A DNA stretch of 64,000 bases from positions 316,882,001-316,946,000 of the forward strand of contig OZ024742.1 in NCBI GenBank assembly GCA_964016885.1. Direction: 5' to 3'. The DNA comes from Eledone cirrhosa. Its lineage: Eukaryota. A program made the translations under genes and the position numbers. The notes under the pieces are model-generated. The model ran no database searches, was not told where the DNA came from, and saw only the letters and a program-made list of their open reading frames with translations. How positions within the stretch are numbered: the first letter of the stretch is position 1; each line of letters opens with the position of its first letter. Below, in pieces: positions 29,589-43,231 of the stretch.

Positions 29589-30297
29589 TTTTTATATTTT
29601 TTAATTTCCCCTCGTCTTTAACAGCACTCTTCAATTACATCTAACTCTTATTTATCATATCTATATGCATTAATATAATTTTATCAATATAAATATACCC
29701 ATCAATTAAATTAATTTATACTCTTTTCATAGATGTAAATTCCATATATATTTTTTCACTAACTCTTTTATCGTAAAATTTTAGTGTCCTTAGATATTTA
29801 CATTGGCATTATTCTTTTATAACAGCAACTTTTCGTGTACTTTCTACCGACCTGACCTATTTTCACCCCTAAAATAACCCTTTCATTCTTCATACTCCTT
29901 CCATTCAAAACTGAAATCTGCCTTCTTCTACCCCTAAAATAAACTTCCATTACTACTATTTTACCATTTGGCCAATTATTACCTGTCTATTGGTCAATTC
30001 AAAACCTGTTTCCAAACAGACCTACTATATTAAATCTTTGTTGGTTTTATTCAGTGAACAAATATAATTATTTCTGAGGTCAGCATATGACCTATTTTCA
30101 TCCCTTAAATAATCTTTCATTCATAATATTCTTTCCATCCAAAACTGAAATCTACCTTCCTCTACCCATAAATTAAGGTTCTTTACCTACTATTTTACCA
30201 TCTTGACCTTCACTATCTTTCTATTGGTCAACTCAAAACCTGTTCCCAAACAGACCTATTGTATTAAATCTTTGTTGGTTTTTTCAATAAACAAATA

Positions 30298-30435
30298 TCA
30301 TTATTTCTGAAGACAGCATATATATGTGTAGATATGTATATTCCCTCTGATAGTTTGTAAAAATTTTACATAGATCTATAGGATATGCATACCAACACTA
30401 ACATATATATCATAGAAACGATCGTAAAATGATGA
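30298..30435 (+). ncRNA. Long-helix-II hammerhead (family L)
   Basis: TCATTATTT-CTGAAGA-(~100 nt hairpin)-GAAACGATCGTA-AAATGATGA. Confidence 0.7.
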
Positions 30436-30483
30436 ATTTTTTAATATAAGAAACTGTTTCTTTGTTTATTCATTATTTTATTA

Positions 30484-30529
<46 letters not shown>

Positions 30530-30657
30530 GTAGAACACTGGAAGGTAATATCCGTAGTGGTAGAGCACTCAGTCCATGGGACGAGTTAGGTAGAAGTGGT
30601 TACACAACAGTTAGTTCACCATACCGAGAACAATTGTTTCCCCTTAGCGGATCCTCA

Positions 30658-31503
30658 TAAACGGAAAAAATGAAACGAAATTTCATTTCTCACTCTCCGT
30701 ACGGCTGTATAAGGAAAGTATATACTTTCAGACGTTCAATCATCTGGCACGAAGGTATACGTTACTGACGATAGCTAATAAGCTTGAAACTAGTAAAGCG
30801 TTCCTTTGTCAGTGTTGAACAAATGAGCAACGAGGGTTGCTAGACACTGTACGGCTTAATCCGGTATATTTGTTTACAAACACACCGAGCATTATAATAA
30901 ATGTTCGGTGAATACATACGTACATATATATATATATATGTGTGCATGTATGTATATATATATACATACTACTGTACGTCTGTATACATATATGTATGTA
31001 CGTATACATACTTATATTTAAGTAACAGCCGTACTAAGAGTGAGAAATGAAATTTCGTTTCATAATTTCCGTTTATCGTTTTCCGTACCCGGCCAATTAA
31101 CTCACTCGATATGCAAATTAGGCTACTCAGCTGTTAATATGCATAAGGAAAGTATATAATTTCAGACGTTCAATCATCTGGCAGGAAGGTATACGTTTCT
31201 GACGATAGCTAATAAGCTTGAAACTAGTACAGCGTTCCTTTTTCAGTGTTGAACAAATGAGCAACGAGTGTTGCTAGACACTGTACGGCTTAATCCGGGA
31301 TGTTTGTTTACAAACACACCGAGCATTATAATAAATGTTCGGTGAATCGATACGTACATATATATATGTGTGCATGTATGTATATGTATATACATACTAC
31401 TGTACGTCTGTATACATATATGTATGTACGTATACATACTTATATTTAAGTAACAGCCGTACTAAGAGTGAGAAATGAAATTTCGTTTCATTTTTTCCGT
31501 TTA
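30658..31503 (+). mobile_element. Diverged family T subfamily: two tandem 434 bp units with a short inverted end
   Basis: Direct repeats with HHRs at 30759-30801 and 31193-31235 (CTGACGA-TAGCTAATAAGCTT-GAAACTAGTA). Confidence 0.8.
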
Positions 31504-31539
31504 TATATATATATATATTTATTAAAATAACAGATTAAA

Positions 31540-31588
31540 GTTTAAGCAAAGAATCGCTGCTTTCACCCTTAACGGGATCTTCTGAAAC
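31540..31588 (-). ncRNA. Hammerhead-like fold with variant core CAGAAGA (family C)
   Basis: GTTT-CAGAAGA-TCCCGTTAAGGGT-GAAA-GCA(GCGATTCTT)TGC-TT-AAAC. All three helices pair, with U4->A. Confidence 0.55.
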
Positions 31589-31884
31589 AATTAATGAACA
31601 TTTAAACATCTGAAAAACTAAAATCAAAATTAAGTAAATATTTATGTAACAATTAGCGCCTGAATATATTTGGTATAATTAACTAGTCCGGTGAAGGGGA
31701 AACTTAATTAGCCCACATTAAATTATATTTCTGTATAGATCCGTTAAGGATGAAAGCAGCGATTCTTTGCTTAAACTTTAATCTGATATTTTAATAAACA
31801 TTTGCTATACGGTTCTTATATATTTGATATATATTTATCCTTATCGAGCCCTCTTTGGATTTTAGTCTTCAAATTTATTATTAT

Positions 31885-31914
<30 letters not shown>

Positions 31915-31919
<5 letters not shown>

Positions 31920-32346
31920 CAGGTACACACATATATATGTACGTATCAGTTTAGCGGACGTTTATTATAACGCCCGCTTTGTCCGTTTGTAAACAAGCGG
32001 ACAGCCTGATTTATGCCGTACGGTGTTAAGGCAACCACGTCACCTTTTTGTTCAACACTGACACAGGAACGATGTACTAGTTTCAAGCTTCTTAGCTATC
32101 ATCAGCACCGTATACCCTTCTGCCAGATAGTTGAACGTTCGAAAGTATATACTTTTCTTATGAAAAGTAACGGCTGAGCAGCCTAATTTGCATATCGAGT
32201 GAGTTCAGTCGGCCAGGCGTACCGAAAACGATAAGTTGTAATATAATGAAACGAAATTTCATTTCTCACTCTTAGTACGGCACTTACTTAAATGTAAGTA
32301 TGTATGTATACGTACATACATATATGTATACAGACGTACAGTAATA

Positions 32347-32434
<88 letters not shown>

Positions 32435-32559
32435 CAGGTAATGCAAATTAGGCTGCTCAGACGTTAATTTTCATAAGGAAAGTATATACTTTCGAACGTT
32501 CAACTATATATACTCTCCTTATGAAAATTAACGGCTGAGCATTATCTGAGCATTACCTG

Positions 32560-32611
<52 letters not shown>

Positions 32612-32854
32612 TACTACTGTACGTCTGTATACATATATGTATGTACGTATACATACATACTTACATTTAAGTAAGTGCCGTACTAAGAGTGAGAAATGAA
32701 ATTTCATTTCATTATATTACAACTTATCGTTTTCGGTACGCCTGGCCGACTGAACTCACTCGATATGCAAATTAGGCTGCTCAGCCGTTAATTTTCATAA
32801 GGAAAGTATATACTTTCGAACGTTCAACTATCTGGCAGAAGGGTATACGGTGCT
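31915..32854. mobile_element. Family T unit plus inverted partial copy; HHR at 32069-32111 (-)
   Basis: Near-identical to the 8.9-9.4 kb unit. Fold-back ~32110-32350 / 32608-32854. Confidence 0.85.
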
Positions 32855-32977
32855 ATGATCGTCGGCAAATCACTGATGAGGGACTTATATTATTTTATTA
32901 CATGTTATCCATGTGCAACCAGCAGTATTCTTCTCCCCATTTTTTCACGTATATTTACCTATACTGCGCTTCTGTTT

Positions 32978-33033
<56 letters not shown>

Positions 33034-33493
33034 TGCTCCCTCTGTTTCTCCTACTTTCTTTCGCCCCCTCTGTCATGTCCGTTAACTCTTCCTCACACTT
33101 CCACTCACTCACTCACTGTTTCTCCTCTTCTCACTTCACCCCGTTCGCGACGAAATCATTTTCTCTCTCACTCACATTTGAATTCGCTGCTGAAAGGTCT
33201 ATTTTCTAAGCGCTCATATATTCACCTAGCTTACGCTAACAGAATAACTATGAAGCTTGTCTCCTTCTTTCTACGGTTAGCTATCCTCTTTGTTGTTATC
33301 TCGTCTCACTCGCTTTACGCGTTTTAATTGTCCTAATAACTTAATTTAGTTATTATTGCACCGACGTGAGGTATATGATTTTTAATGCAATGAAATATCT
33401 ATGATCGTCGGCAAATCACTGATGAGGGACTTATATTATTTTATTACATGTTATCCATGTGCAACCAGCAGTATTCTTCTCCCCATTTTTTCA
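32853..33493 (+). mobile_element. ~546 bp unit bounded by ~95 bp direct repeats (pLTR-like)
   Basis: CTATGATCGTCGGCAAATCACTGATGAGGG...CCCCATTTTTTCA at 32853 and 33399. Confidence 0.75.
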
Positions 33494-33684
33494 TATATAT
33501 ATATGTATATATATATATAAACTAATATATATGATGAAACACAAATACCAACATATCTGTATTTATATTGCAATATAAATACAGATATGTTGGTATTTGT
33601 GTTTCATCATATATATTAGTTTATACACGGCTCAGAAATATTTCTTTCTTTGAGCTAATTTCATTGTAAAAGAATTCATTACAC

Positions 33685-33733
<49 letters not shown>

Positions 33734-33740
33734 ACATGTT

Positions 33741-34311
33741 TCCCAGTAGAACCTGTCTCATGGTCGGGTCATTGGCGACTAAACTGACAACCCCACCAAG
33801 GTTTCTTGGTGAGGAGGGTGACTTTTGACCTCCTGCAGGACTAAAACCAAAACCTGTCAAGGCGCTAAGGAGCTCCTAAGAGTCAATGGCCATCCAAAAT
33901 CACCGGGAGAGATGACCCCTTAGCCTTTGTCAAGGCAGAATTCTAGGAGAAGGAAAACTCTGATATAACACCTGAAACCCTGATGGTATCCAATAATATT
34001 GACTTTTTCTTTTTGGTAAATATCATCTTGGTTAAGAGAGTGCGACTGGATTTGTGCAGTGCCTTTGCTCACTATAAAAGCTTCACGGCACAGGCATTGT
34101 TTTATATCTGGAGATCTCTCTGCACTTGTCATCACATGGCACCATGGGCTCAGCACTATGTGTCAATAATTGTCACAAGTGTAGTGTTTGTACCAGAGTT
34201 TTCAAGTCGCTGGCTGGACTAAAAAGTCACACTCGTTCAGCGCATCGGTAAGGGTTCTCCTACATGGATATAAAGTAGTGGCCGTACTCGAAAACGAGTT
34301 GTCAGCCACCA
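33741..34311 (+). mobile_element. Family R element copy
   Basis: Matches ~1154-1727, flanked by (AT)n. Confidence 0.8.
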
Positions 34312-34342
34312 TATATATATATACACATATATATATATATAT

Positions 34343-35871
34343 ATTAATTCAAATATTAACAAAATATATATTCTTGTGATCAATTAAATTTTATTATACA
34401 TATTTCATTGGTACTGAAATAAGTTCAACAGTACGTCCTCATCAGATAAAATAAAATGATACATGACATACCCTGACATGGTAGATGGTTAAGATTTAAT
34501 CAAGGTAGTAATTAACTTATGAGAAAACTCAATATTTATACCCTAATACATGAGAAAACATAATAGAATCAATAGAGAGAGTGTGAGTAATATATTTTGA
34601 GAAATACATTACCTCAATGCAACAGTTATAGAATTTTTAATATTTAAAATACTACTACAGAAATATGAGAGGAAAGTATAGAGGACGACGTAGCTGAAGT
34701 TATAACTTATTTAGTATTTAGCTTGAGAAGACAAATGGCAGATAAATAAAGAGAGGGAGAGACAAGGGGGAGTAATTTATGTTCAAGTTTCTATATACAC
34801 ATATTTATATATAGTTTTGGATGTTCATTTTCAAAATATTTAATTTATGTTATTTCAGGGTAAAGAATCAACATTTTAGGTTTTAAAAGTTGATGGGTAT
34901 TTGTATTAATATTATAATATAATTATGTTAAATTGTTAAAATTCAAAATTTTATGAAGACAAATTTAAAGGATTTACGAAGCCCGTGAAAGAAGGAAAAT
35001 ATACATATAATGTTCAATATTCCCACAAAGGTAACTTTATCAAAATTACTTATAACATTGACAATATTTTCTATAATATAATTTATGAGATATTTACAGC
35101 TATAACTATTAAAGAATTTATTGTTAAATGGTTAAGTGCCTAAAGTATTAACAGGTCTTATAATTAAACCTAAAGTGGTCAGAGTTTTCAGCTATATATA
35201 TGTGTGTATTGATCATAATATACCAGGACTATAATTTATTATGTGTTCATATATTATATTAAGTAAGTGATTATATAAGTTCGACCTTCTCGGGAAAACC
35301 GAACTATAATTTATTATTAGTTCATATATTATATTAAGTAAATGATTATATAAGTTCGACCTTCCAGGGAAAACCCAAACACTTATAATAATGTCATTTG
35401 GGTGTTTAAATTATTTATATAAATGTAACTACGATTATGTTATTATCCTAGATAAACATATTTGTATAAAACTATATATAGATATACTAGGTATTAATGA
35501 AACGCTAAACATTTAATAAAAATAGTAATTATAATCATTGTTATTAGTTTTATACAAATGTAACTACGATTATGTTATTACACTAGATAAAGATATTTGT
35601 ACAAACTATATATAGATATACTAGATATTTAACAAAAAATAGCGATTATAAACGTTGTTAGTTTTACCTTATATTTTATCTGATGAGGACTTACTCTTGA
35701 ATTTAATTCAGAACCTCTGAAATATGTATAATAAAATTTAATTGATCACAAGAATATCTATTTTGTTAATATTTGAATTAATATTAATAACTCTAGAAAA
35801 TATTTTCTGTAAAGTGCTTCCGATCTATTGTAAAACTCATTCTTTGATGTACTCATCTTGTTTAACTCTTT

Positions 35872-35872
<1 letters not shown>
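34343..35872. mobile_element. Family G element with inverted ends; HHRs at 34388-34452 (-) and 35673-35737 (+)
   Basis: ATTTTAT-CTGATGA-GGAC...-GAAA-TATGTA-TA-ATAAAAT in both arms. Internal tandem duplications at ~35228-35360 and ~35420-35625. Confidence 0.75.
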
Positions 35873-35917
<45 letters not shown>

Positions 35918-37275
35918 ATAGTGTTACTAAACAAATATACTGGTTTATTTGTATATTTCTAGGACTGTTTGTCTGTTTGCCTGTTTGTCATGAAAATGTA
36001 TATTCATAGTTATCTTTTGTAATTACTTTTAATAGTTTCTGAAAGAAATGTGCTAATATATTTTAAAATTCATAAAAATTAAGGAATTTGAAATCTAATT
36101 ACACAATTTGTTTCAACAATTATATATTTAGAAAACAGTTATACTTCTCATACATATAATTACGTTCATATAATTTATACATGGACAAACGTGTCCATGT
36201 ATATTTTACTTTGTTACACTTGATGTTCGAAGAATATTTAAAACAACATTTTTGTGCTCTCTAATAGCTTTTTTTTCTATAGTTTTTTAAATATGTTCTG
36301 ACCATACAAGCTAGAGGAATCAATGAATCATTGCACCGGAGTGGCATTTGAAACAGTTACTTACTATGCAGTATATCGCTTATATTCATTATGACAATTT
36401 TGATATCACGATCAAAATATATTTTGGTTCTTTGCGTTCTTAGTTGAAATCTCTCTGATGTAAAATGACGTTCCATTCTCCTAGGGCGAATATGTAAAAT
36501 ACTAATCAGAATGTTCAGAACGTCGGCGTTTGTTCCGACTATTTGCGTTTCGAGTGCAAAAACTGCCTTGATATACACATGTCGGAGAATGAACCCTTAA
36601 TTTGGTTTAATACCACATCATACTAGGATGCTTTGGTGCACTCCACTTCCTTTCAGGTTATTAGTCTAGGTCCCGGATTTAAGGACATTTTCCCCTGTCG
36701 CTCCCACAAGTCTCAAAAACCCCGAAGAAAATCATAGACACTGCCATTTCCTGAACACTATTAGATACAATATAAATACTACATCAGATTTGGCACGCGT
36801 CTTTATAACTTACAATACACATAATTCACCAGGTACAGTTCAACGAACAAATAATAATAAAATAATGAAGAAAGCGTCCTCTAATTATTGATACAACATA
36901 AGTATTTCATGTAAATTTCATAAGGGTAAAATCTATAATTTAATATGCAACGATGAAAATTTCTTTTTATGTTACAGAATTCTTATATTCAAACACCGCA
37001 TATGGACGTGTAAATAAGCAAAAGAAACATTAATCTATAATTTACTGTAATGAATGATGAAAACTGATAGTTCTTCAACTTTATACAATCGATATCATTT
37101 ATTGATTTTTTGTGCCTTGTATCGCTCGGAATCTACGTAACTTTGACACGTTTTAGGCCAAACATTTCTAATCGCCTAATAAACGAAATAATCGATGTTA
37201 TTTTCCACTGTATGTCATTTTACTCTCTAAAACAGTTTAACTGCTTTTACTGATCCCTTTATAATACGAAGATTA

Positions 37276-37460
<185 letters not shown>

Positions 37461-37835
37461 TAAAAACATTTGAAAAATTGAGCAAGTATAAGGACCTGGA
37501 GATAGAAATTGAAAAAATGTGGAAATTGAGAACTAAAACAATACCAGTGGTTGTAGGCGCTCTGGGAATGATACCTAGGGGGTCTAATGATTACTTATCG
37601 CAAATCCCAGGAAACCCGCGTATAGGAGAAATACAAAAGATAGTACTAATGGGAACTGCCCATATACTAAGGAAGATTCTGTCAATATAAGTACATCACA
37701 AGTCTAAACACTAAAGATGCATGTGTGAGTATGTATGTTCTTTCTTGAACATGGCGGACCTTGTTGTCTCTTGAGGTTACTGGTTGTGACTTGGTGATAA
37801 CTCGTATGAACATAAAGCAAGATAAATGCAACTGT
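37461..37835 (+). mobile_element. R4/Dong-like RLE 3' fragment in (AAT)n
   Basis: KYKDL..EI.KMW....TIPVVVGALG...IQKIVLMGTAHILRK, flanked by (AAT)n on both sides. Confidence 0.85.
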
Positions 37836-37852
37836 AATAATAATAATAATAA

Positions 37853-38640
37853 TTCAGAGATCCACACACATGGAACTGGTTGAAAAGAAAAGACCTTAAA
37901 AAGGATACAGAAGGAATGCTGCGCAAGAGCAGGCCCTCAAAACGAAGTGGGTGAAACACCATATTTACAAGGAGGAGGCTAGCCCACTGTGCAGGATCTG
38001 TGGAGAGAGAGAGAGGAGACTGTAGCTCACATTGTATCCGAGTGTAAACACCTAGCCCAGACTCACTATAAGGGCTGGAAACATGATGTGATGGGCAGGG
38101 TGATCCACTGGCACCTATGCAAAGTATACAATTTACCATATTCTGAGAAGTGGTATGAGCATAAACCAGAGTCGGTGATAGAAAACGATCAGGTGAAGGT
38201 GTGTGTCATTTTAGGATACAGACAGCCAAGAAACTGGAACACAATAGACCTGACCTGGTGGTTTTGGACAAGGAAAAAAGATCGTGCCTGATTGTGGATG
38301 AGGCCTGTCCATTCGACACGAGAGTGCAAGAGAAGGAGAGGGAGACAATTAACCGATACCAGGACTTAAAGTGTGAGTTAAAAAGGATTTGGAACTGCCA
38401 TGAAGTCAAAGTGGTCCCCATTGTCATAGGCGCAATAGGTACTATCTCAGAAAGTTTCCAGGGATGGTTAAAGAAAATTGACTCCACCACGCTTTTTGGA
38501 ACGCTTCAAAAGGCATGCTTGCTGGGAACAGCAAGAACCCTCCGATACGTCCTGAATATCTGAGGCTGCAGGTAGTGGCTTTATATTCATTTCAACAAAC
38601 TTTCCAGTTAACTAACATCAATGACTGAGACTCAAAGAAC
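37853..38640 (+). mobile_element. Second R4/Dong-like fragment (zinc finger plus RLE, frameshifted) in (AAT)n
   Basis: CRIC..REETVAHIVSEC zinc finger and HNRPDLVV...CPFD...VVPIVIGAIG. Followed by (AAT)n. Confidence 0.85.
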
Positions 38641-38671
<31 letters not shown>

Positions 38672-39734
38672 GTAATAATAATAAATTTGAAGACTAAAAT
38701 CCAAAGAGGGCTCGATAAGGATAAATATATATCAAATATATAAGAACTGTAGAGCAAATATTTATTAAAATAACAGATTAAATTTTAAGCAACGGGATCT
38801 TCTGAAACAAAAAAAATCAATCTGTCAACGCAGAGGTAAATATTTCGAAAAACGTTTCAACCAAAGGAAGACAGGAAGACGATACTTTGGTTCCCTGGCA
38901 AAGAACGAAAAAAAAAACGAAGATAATACGTTATTATTTGGAGCGGTGAAAACAATTACACGCAAAGACAAAACCACGTTTATGGTATAACTGAAGTCGT
39001 AGACTAAAATTCTATATAAGAAACCGAATGATTCTCGGCTTCAGAGTTAAGAATAATGTAAATAAATTACAGAGGTAATTGAAATCAACAAAAATCAATT
39101 ATATACATGCGCGCATCCATATACGTACATACACAAGCATACACGAAAACACCTGCCATGGGTATGCAAATACAAGCACGTACACAAAAAACACGCAACA
39201 CATACAAAACCTACGCAACGCCTGTACCCGCACACGAACGTATACACCAAATACACATAAAAATATATATTAAAAATATATATATATATATATCTGTGTG
39301 TGTGCGTGTATACATATACTTATATAAACGTATATAAATATACACACATAGATACGTATATAACGCGTGTCTCACATACCTACATGTAAATACACATATG
39401 TTCGCTAAAATACGTCAACCAAAACACAAAGTACACATATACACACACCCGCATACTCACACAGACGCAAAACTCACGTATACACATAACCATATGCACA
39501 TGTACCAGTATATATAATATAATATATACACCTATAACATATACAATCAAATATACGTACGAGAAAGTATACGTACCTTCACAAAACATACTGGTAATAT
39601 ATACTTACATATGCAAATAAGTAATGGTATAAACATAACATATACTTAGCTACCACATCAAGACGTTAGGGTATAATGTGGGGCTGTAATACAGGAAATG
39701 TTGATGCAATTTATGTTTACACGCCGAAATTGCC

Positions 39735-40990
39735 TCAGATTTTTTTTAAGATGTGGTCTTTGGCGTAGAGTATTTCCAGGGCTTCAGCGGAGCAGAGGTC
39801 ACATGGTCTTTTATTTCCGTTATACGATCTAGCCCTAGCTAGGATCTCCCAGTGTAACTTATATTGGGTGTGGTTGTCTTTTAGACTCCAGATATAAGTT
39901 GAAAATGACGTCATATTCCTTCCTAAAGGGTTAAGAAAAGAATGGGTATGCATGTAAAGACGCTGTTTGAATCTATAGGCGGTTAACCCTATGTAGGCCC
40001 TACGGTACGTGGGTGTTTCAACTTTACATTTGTAGACATTGTTACTAGAGAGGCATTTCCCGGATAGGGGGCAGTCAACCCAAATCCTACAATTACAGTT
40101 AGTACTAGCTACATGGTTGCACGTGTTCCTACGGCTAGGTAATTTAGATAAATTTGAAGCTGTGCTGTTATGTTCAAGGTTAAGAGTCGTATAGTAAGGA
40201 ATGGTAATGGTATTTCTATTAAGAATGTTACTATATTTATGTGCTGGATGGGAAATGCTTCATAATAAGTGAGACAAAGATCTTAGCTAATGGTGTGGCC
40301 ACCTCCATATTATATGGTGGGTTATACCATATAATGCGTCGGGATCGATTTTTCCTAGGTCTATTCTCATACTCTGAATACCTTATCGACAAATCCACTC
40401 CGAGCAAGAGCTTTATTGTAATATGTAGAATGGTCGTTGAAAATATGCTCGTTTGTAGATAGACGGGAAAGCCTGAAAGAAACGTTTCTTACCAGGTTCT
40501 TGGTTATGGTGGTAGGATGGTTAGAATGCTTACTTATGTAATTAAGCGTATCATTCGGCTTTCTATACGGGTAGTGCAAGCCATTCGACAAATTGGGGGT
40601 AACGACCGAGAGGTTGGCCTCAACCTGTATGGAGAGGTTGAAGCCTTTAAAGAAGGCTGTGAGTTCTTTTCTGAACCTGTTCCAAGCACGTGGGCCGCAC
40701 TTTATCATGGACAAAAGACCGTCACCACGGTACAAACCACCACCCACGTTGGGGAATTCTTCCTTGATAGAGAAAAGAAGGAAAAGGCCGATAAGATCAG
40801 TAACCCCCGCAGAATCGCTGGCGCCCATACTCACGTTGAATGGGGTACTATTAGATTTTTTAATCCAAATAGAGTCGTCGAAATTAATTACCAACTTACG
40901 GGAATTGAAGATAACATCAACTTCGAAATCCTTTACCACTGTGAGTGTTTTAGCGAAATTGATAGCTCTAATTTTATAGTAAGTTATTTT
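39735..40990 (-). pseudogene. Penelope-like element ORF remnant: RT, Cys-rich linker and C-terminal GIY-YIG
   Basis: FNVSMGASDSA.VTDLIGL..GLYRGDGL (decayed RT YxDD region), PYRKPND...SNHP thumb, CNCR...CP..GKC, VYKC...AYIG and CDLC..E. Frameshifts present. Possibly Nematis-like (uncertain). Confidence 0.85.
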
Positions 40991-43141
40991 AGGATTTGGT
41001 GGTGGGTCTAAATCTTAAGAGTAAAATGAAATGTTCAAAAACGAAAACAAAAAAATTTGTCAGCGATTACAAAAGTTCCGCGAGTGGTAGAGACATAATA
41101 TGTATTTAGCGATACATTCAGCGATACATTCAGCCAGATAAACAGAGTCTTTATTGCTGATCTTCTGGCGAGAGAGGAGTCAAGAGTGTAACCACACATG
41201 TATGATGAAATTCTAGGAAATTGGTGTCTCAGCATGACTTGTGACTGCAATAAAGTTTAGATTAACCACGTTGGTATTGAGACGATGAAACTATCAGATT
41301 GGTTATATTTCTTCTTAGTTTTATTTTGGTTTGGGATAGGAATATTTTAGTGAAGATAGAAATAGGATTGTATGTGATTCTCCGAGAGGACCACGCTGTC
41401 AATCGCTGTTAATAGATCTATATGAATTCAATGAGTCTCTGTAAATATTTTAGTTGACGAATTGAATGCTTAGTTATAAACTGTAGACGAAAAAAATGTA
41501 GAAATCATGTCCTCGGATGTGACAACAAGCTGAGAATAACCAGAGAGAAGCAACAATTGAAATTAATGAAATATGTCAAGGAAACCAAGGGAGACAGTCC
41601 CCGAGAGTTCAGATTCCGCTGAGTTGACAATGTCTTTCATGCATCTATTGATGACGTGTGAATGATACTTTGGCGTTAATTCGAATGAATATACTCGAAT
41701 TTGGCGTAGGGCCAAGTACAGTAAACTCGTTAATTTTCAAAAGATACTTTTTAAGATATCCTGCCTTTGCTTATATATTAAATGTATTATATTCTATAGA
41801 TCGTATATATCATAGAGATATGATCTGTGTGGTATATAGTGTAGTTTATTAAACACTTACATTCAAGCAACATAATGTTTCACATTGTCTTCCCACCCTA
41901 TTATGACTATAGTTTAAATACTTCTGGCATCGAGACAAAGAATGTTCTATCCCGAATAAAAATATCCATATATAAATTCAGACGTTATGGCGAAACATTA
42001 ATATTTCTAAGCCATTTCAATACATTGTGTCTTTTTAAGAATAGACAACTGAATTATTCATTAAAATATCAGCACTTTATTCGGAGTTATAAATTAATAT
42101 ATGGAATTGAATGCTTTTCCAATAACAGGATTGATTTTAATGTAGTACTGACAAAATTGAGGTGGTAAAAACACTATTTTAGCATGACATGTTTATAGAA
42201 TATTTGTAAGAATTATATATGAATAACAAAATATTGTCATACCCATTTAGACATGTTTATCCCCAGTAGTACCCAGGAGAAGAGTTTTATGAAAGACCGT
42301 TTCAATTGACGTCAACCAGGAAAAAAGTATATTAACTCTTATATGGAATGGAATCTCCGAACAGATCTAAATGAAAAATGAATATTCATATTGGGAAGCG
42401 ACTGAATAAAATAATTTACAAGCTTTCATTTCCTGCAAGAGGAACAACTGACCAAATAATTGTGTAGTTAAACTAAGACGTAATATTCTCCCATCAGATA
42501 GTAGTAGTTATAATCCTCTCCAAGTAACTGGCAGTTCTATTGTTTACTCACACTACACCATACATTCAGCAATTTAATCTACCGGCATGAAATCCCATAC
42601 TTATAGGGGAAATGTTCTGTGTTAATTTCATTATCGATCTCTTGTTTCAGAAAATAAATTTTAAAATCTGAATCGCATCTGCCATTTCAGTGAATAAAAT
42701 CAAATGCTGGAAACTGATTTGCACTGACCTGACTAAATAGCTAGGTAACTGAACACAATTTTGAGATTTCGTGTTTGATATATTTCCCTAATGCAATTTG
42801 GATAATGTGGTTATGTAACTCTGCTTCATTCCTTAGCATACCATAACTACGTATAATCAATACTAATGTATTATTTATTAGGTTATACTAAGCATGACGT
42901 GTTTCTTGCTTTTAACGTTCAAACTTAACATATGCTTTAATATATGCAATGATATAGTTCGGAACATTTGCAATGTATTGTAACTAAAGTAGTACTTATA
43001 CATTTCAAATGAATCTTTATAGATACCTGAAGCTTTGAATCAAACTCTTGGATTGTTTAGTGTATCTTCTTATATGATTATTAAAGTAAGGTGAAGCTGA
43101 TATGTACAGCCTTACACAGCAGTTGCATTATATTGACACTT

Positions 43142-43223
<82 letters not shown>

Positions 43224-43231
<8 letters not shown>

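Larger units (their letters stand above)
26945..30489 (-). mobile_element. Penelope-like element 3' remnant with a ~1.37 kb inverted pseudo-LTR (large fold-back)
   Basis: 27075-28650 is the reverse complement of 29122-30489. The spacer and inner arm encode a GIY-YIG C-terminus and each arm carries a family L HHR. Confidence 0.85.

Noticed and set aside
36357-36752. Possible minus-strand host exon (acceptor-like GTGTTCAG, 73-aa ORF, GTAAGT)
   Set aside because: Stops occur in all frames after the acceptor and there is no recognisable protein similarity.
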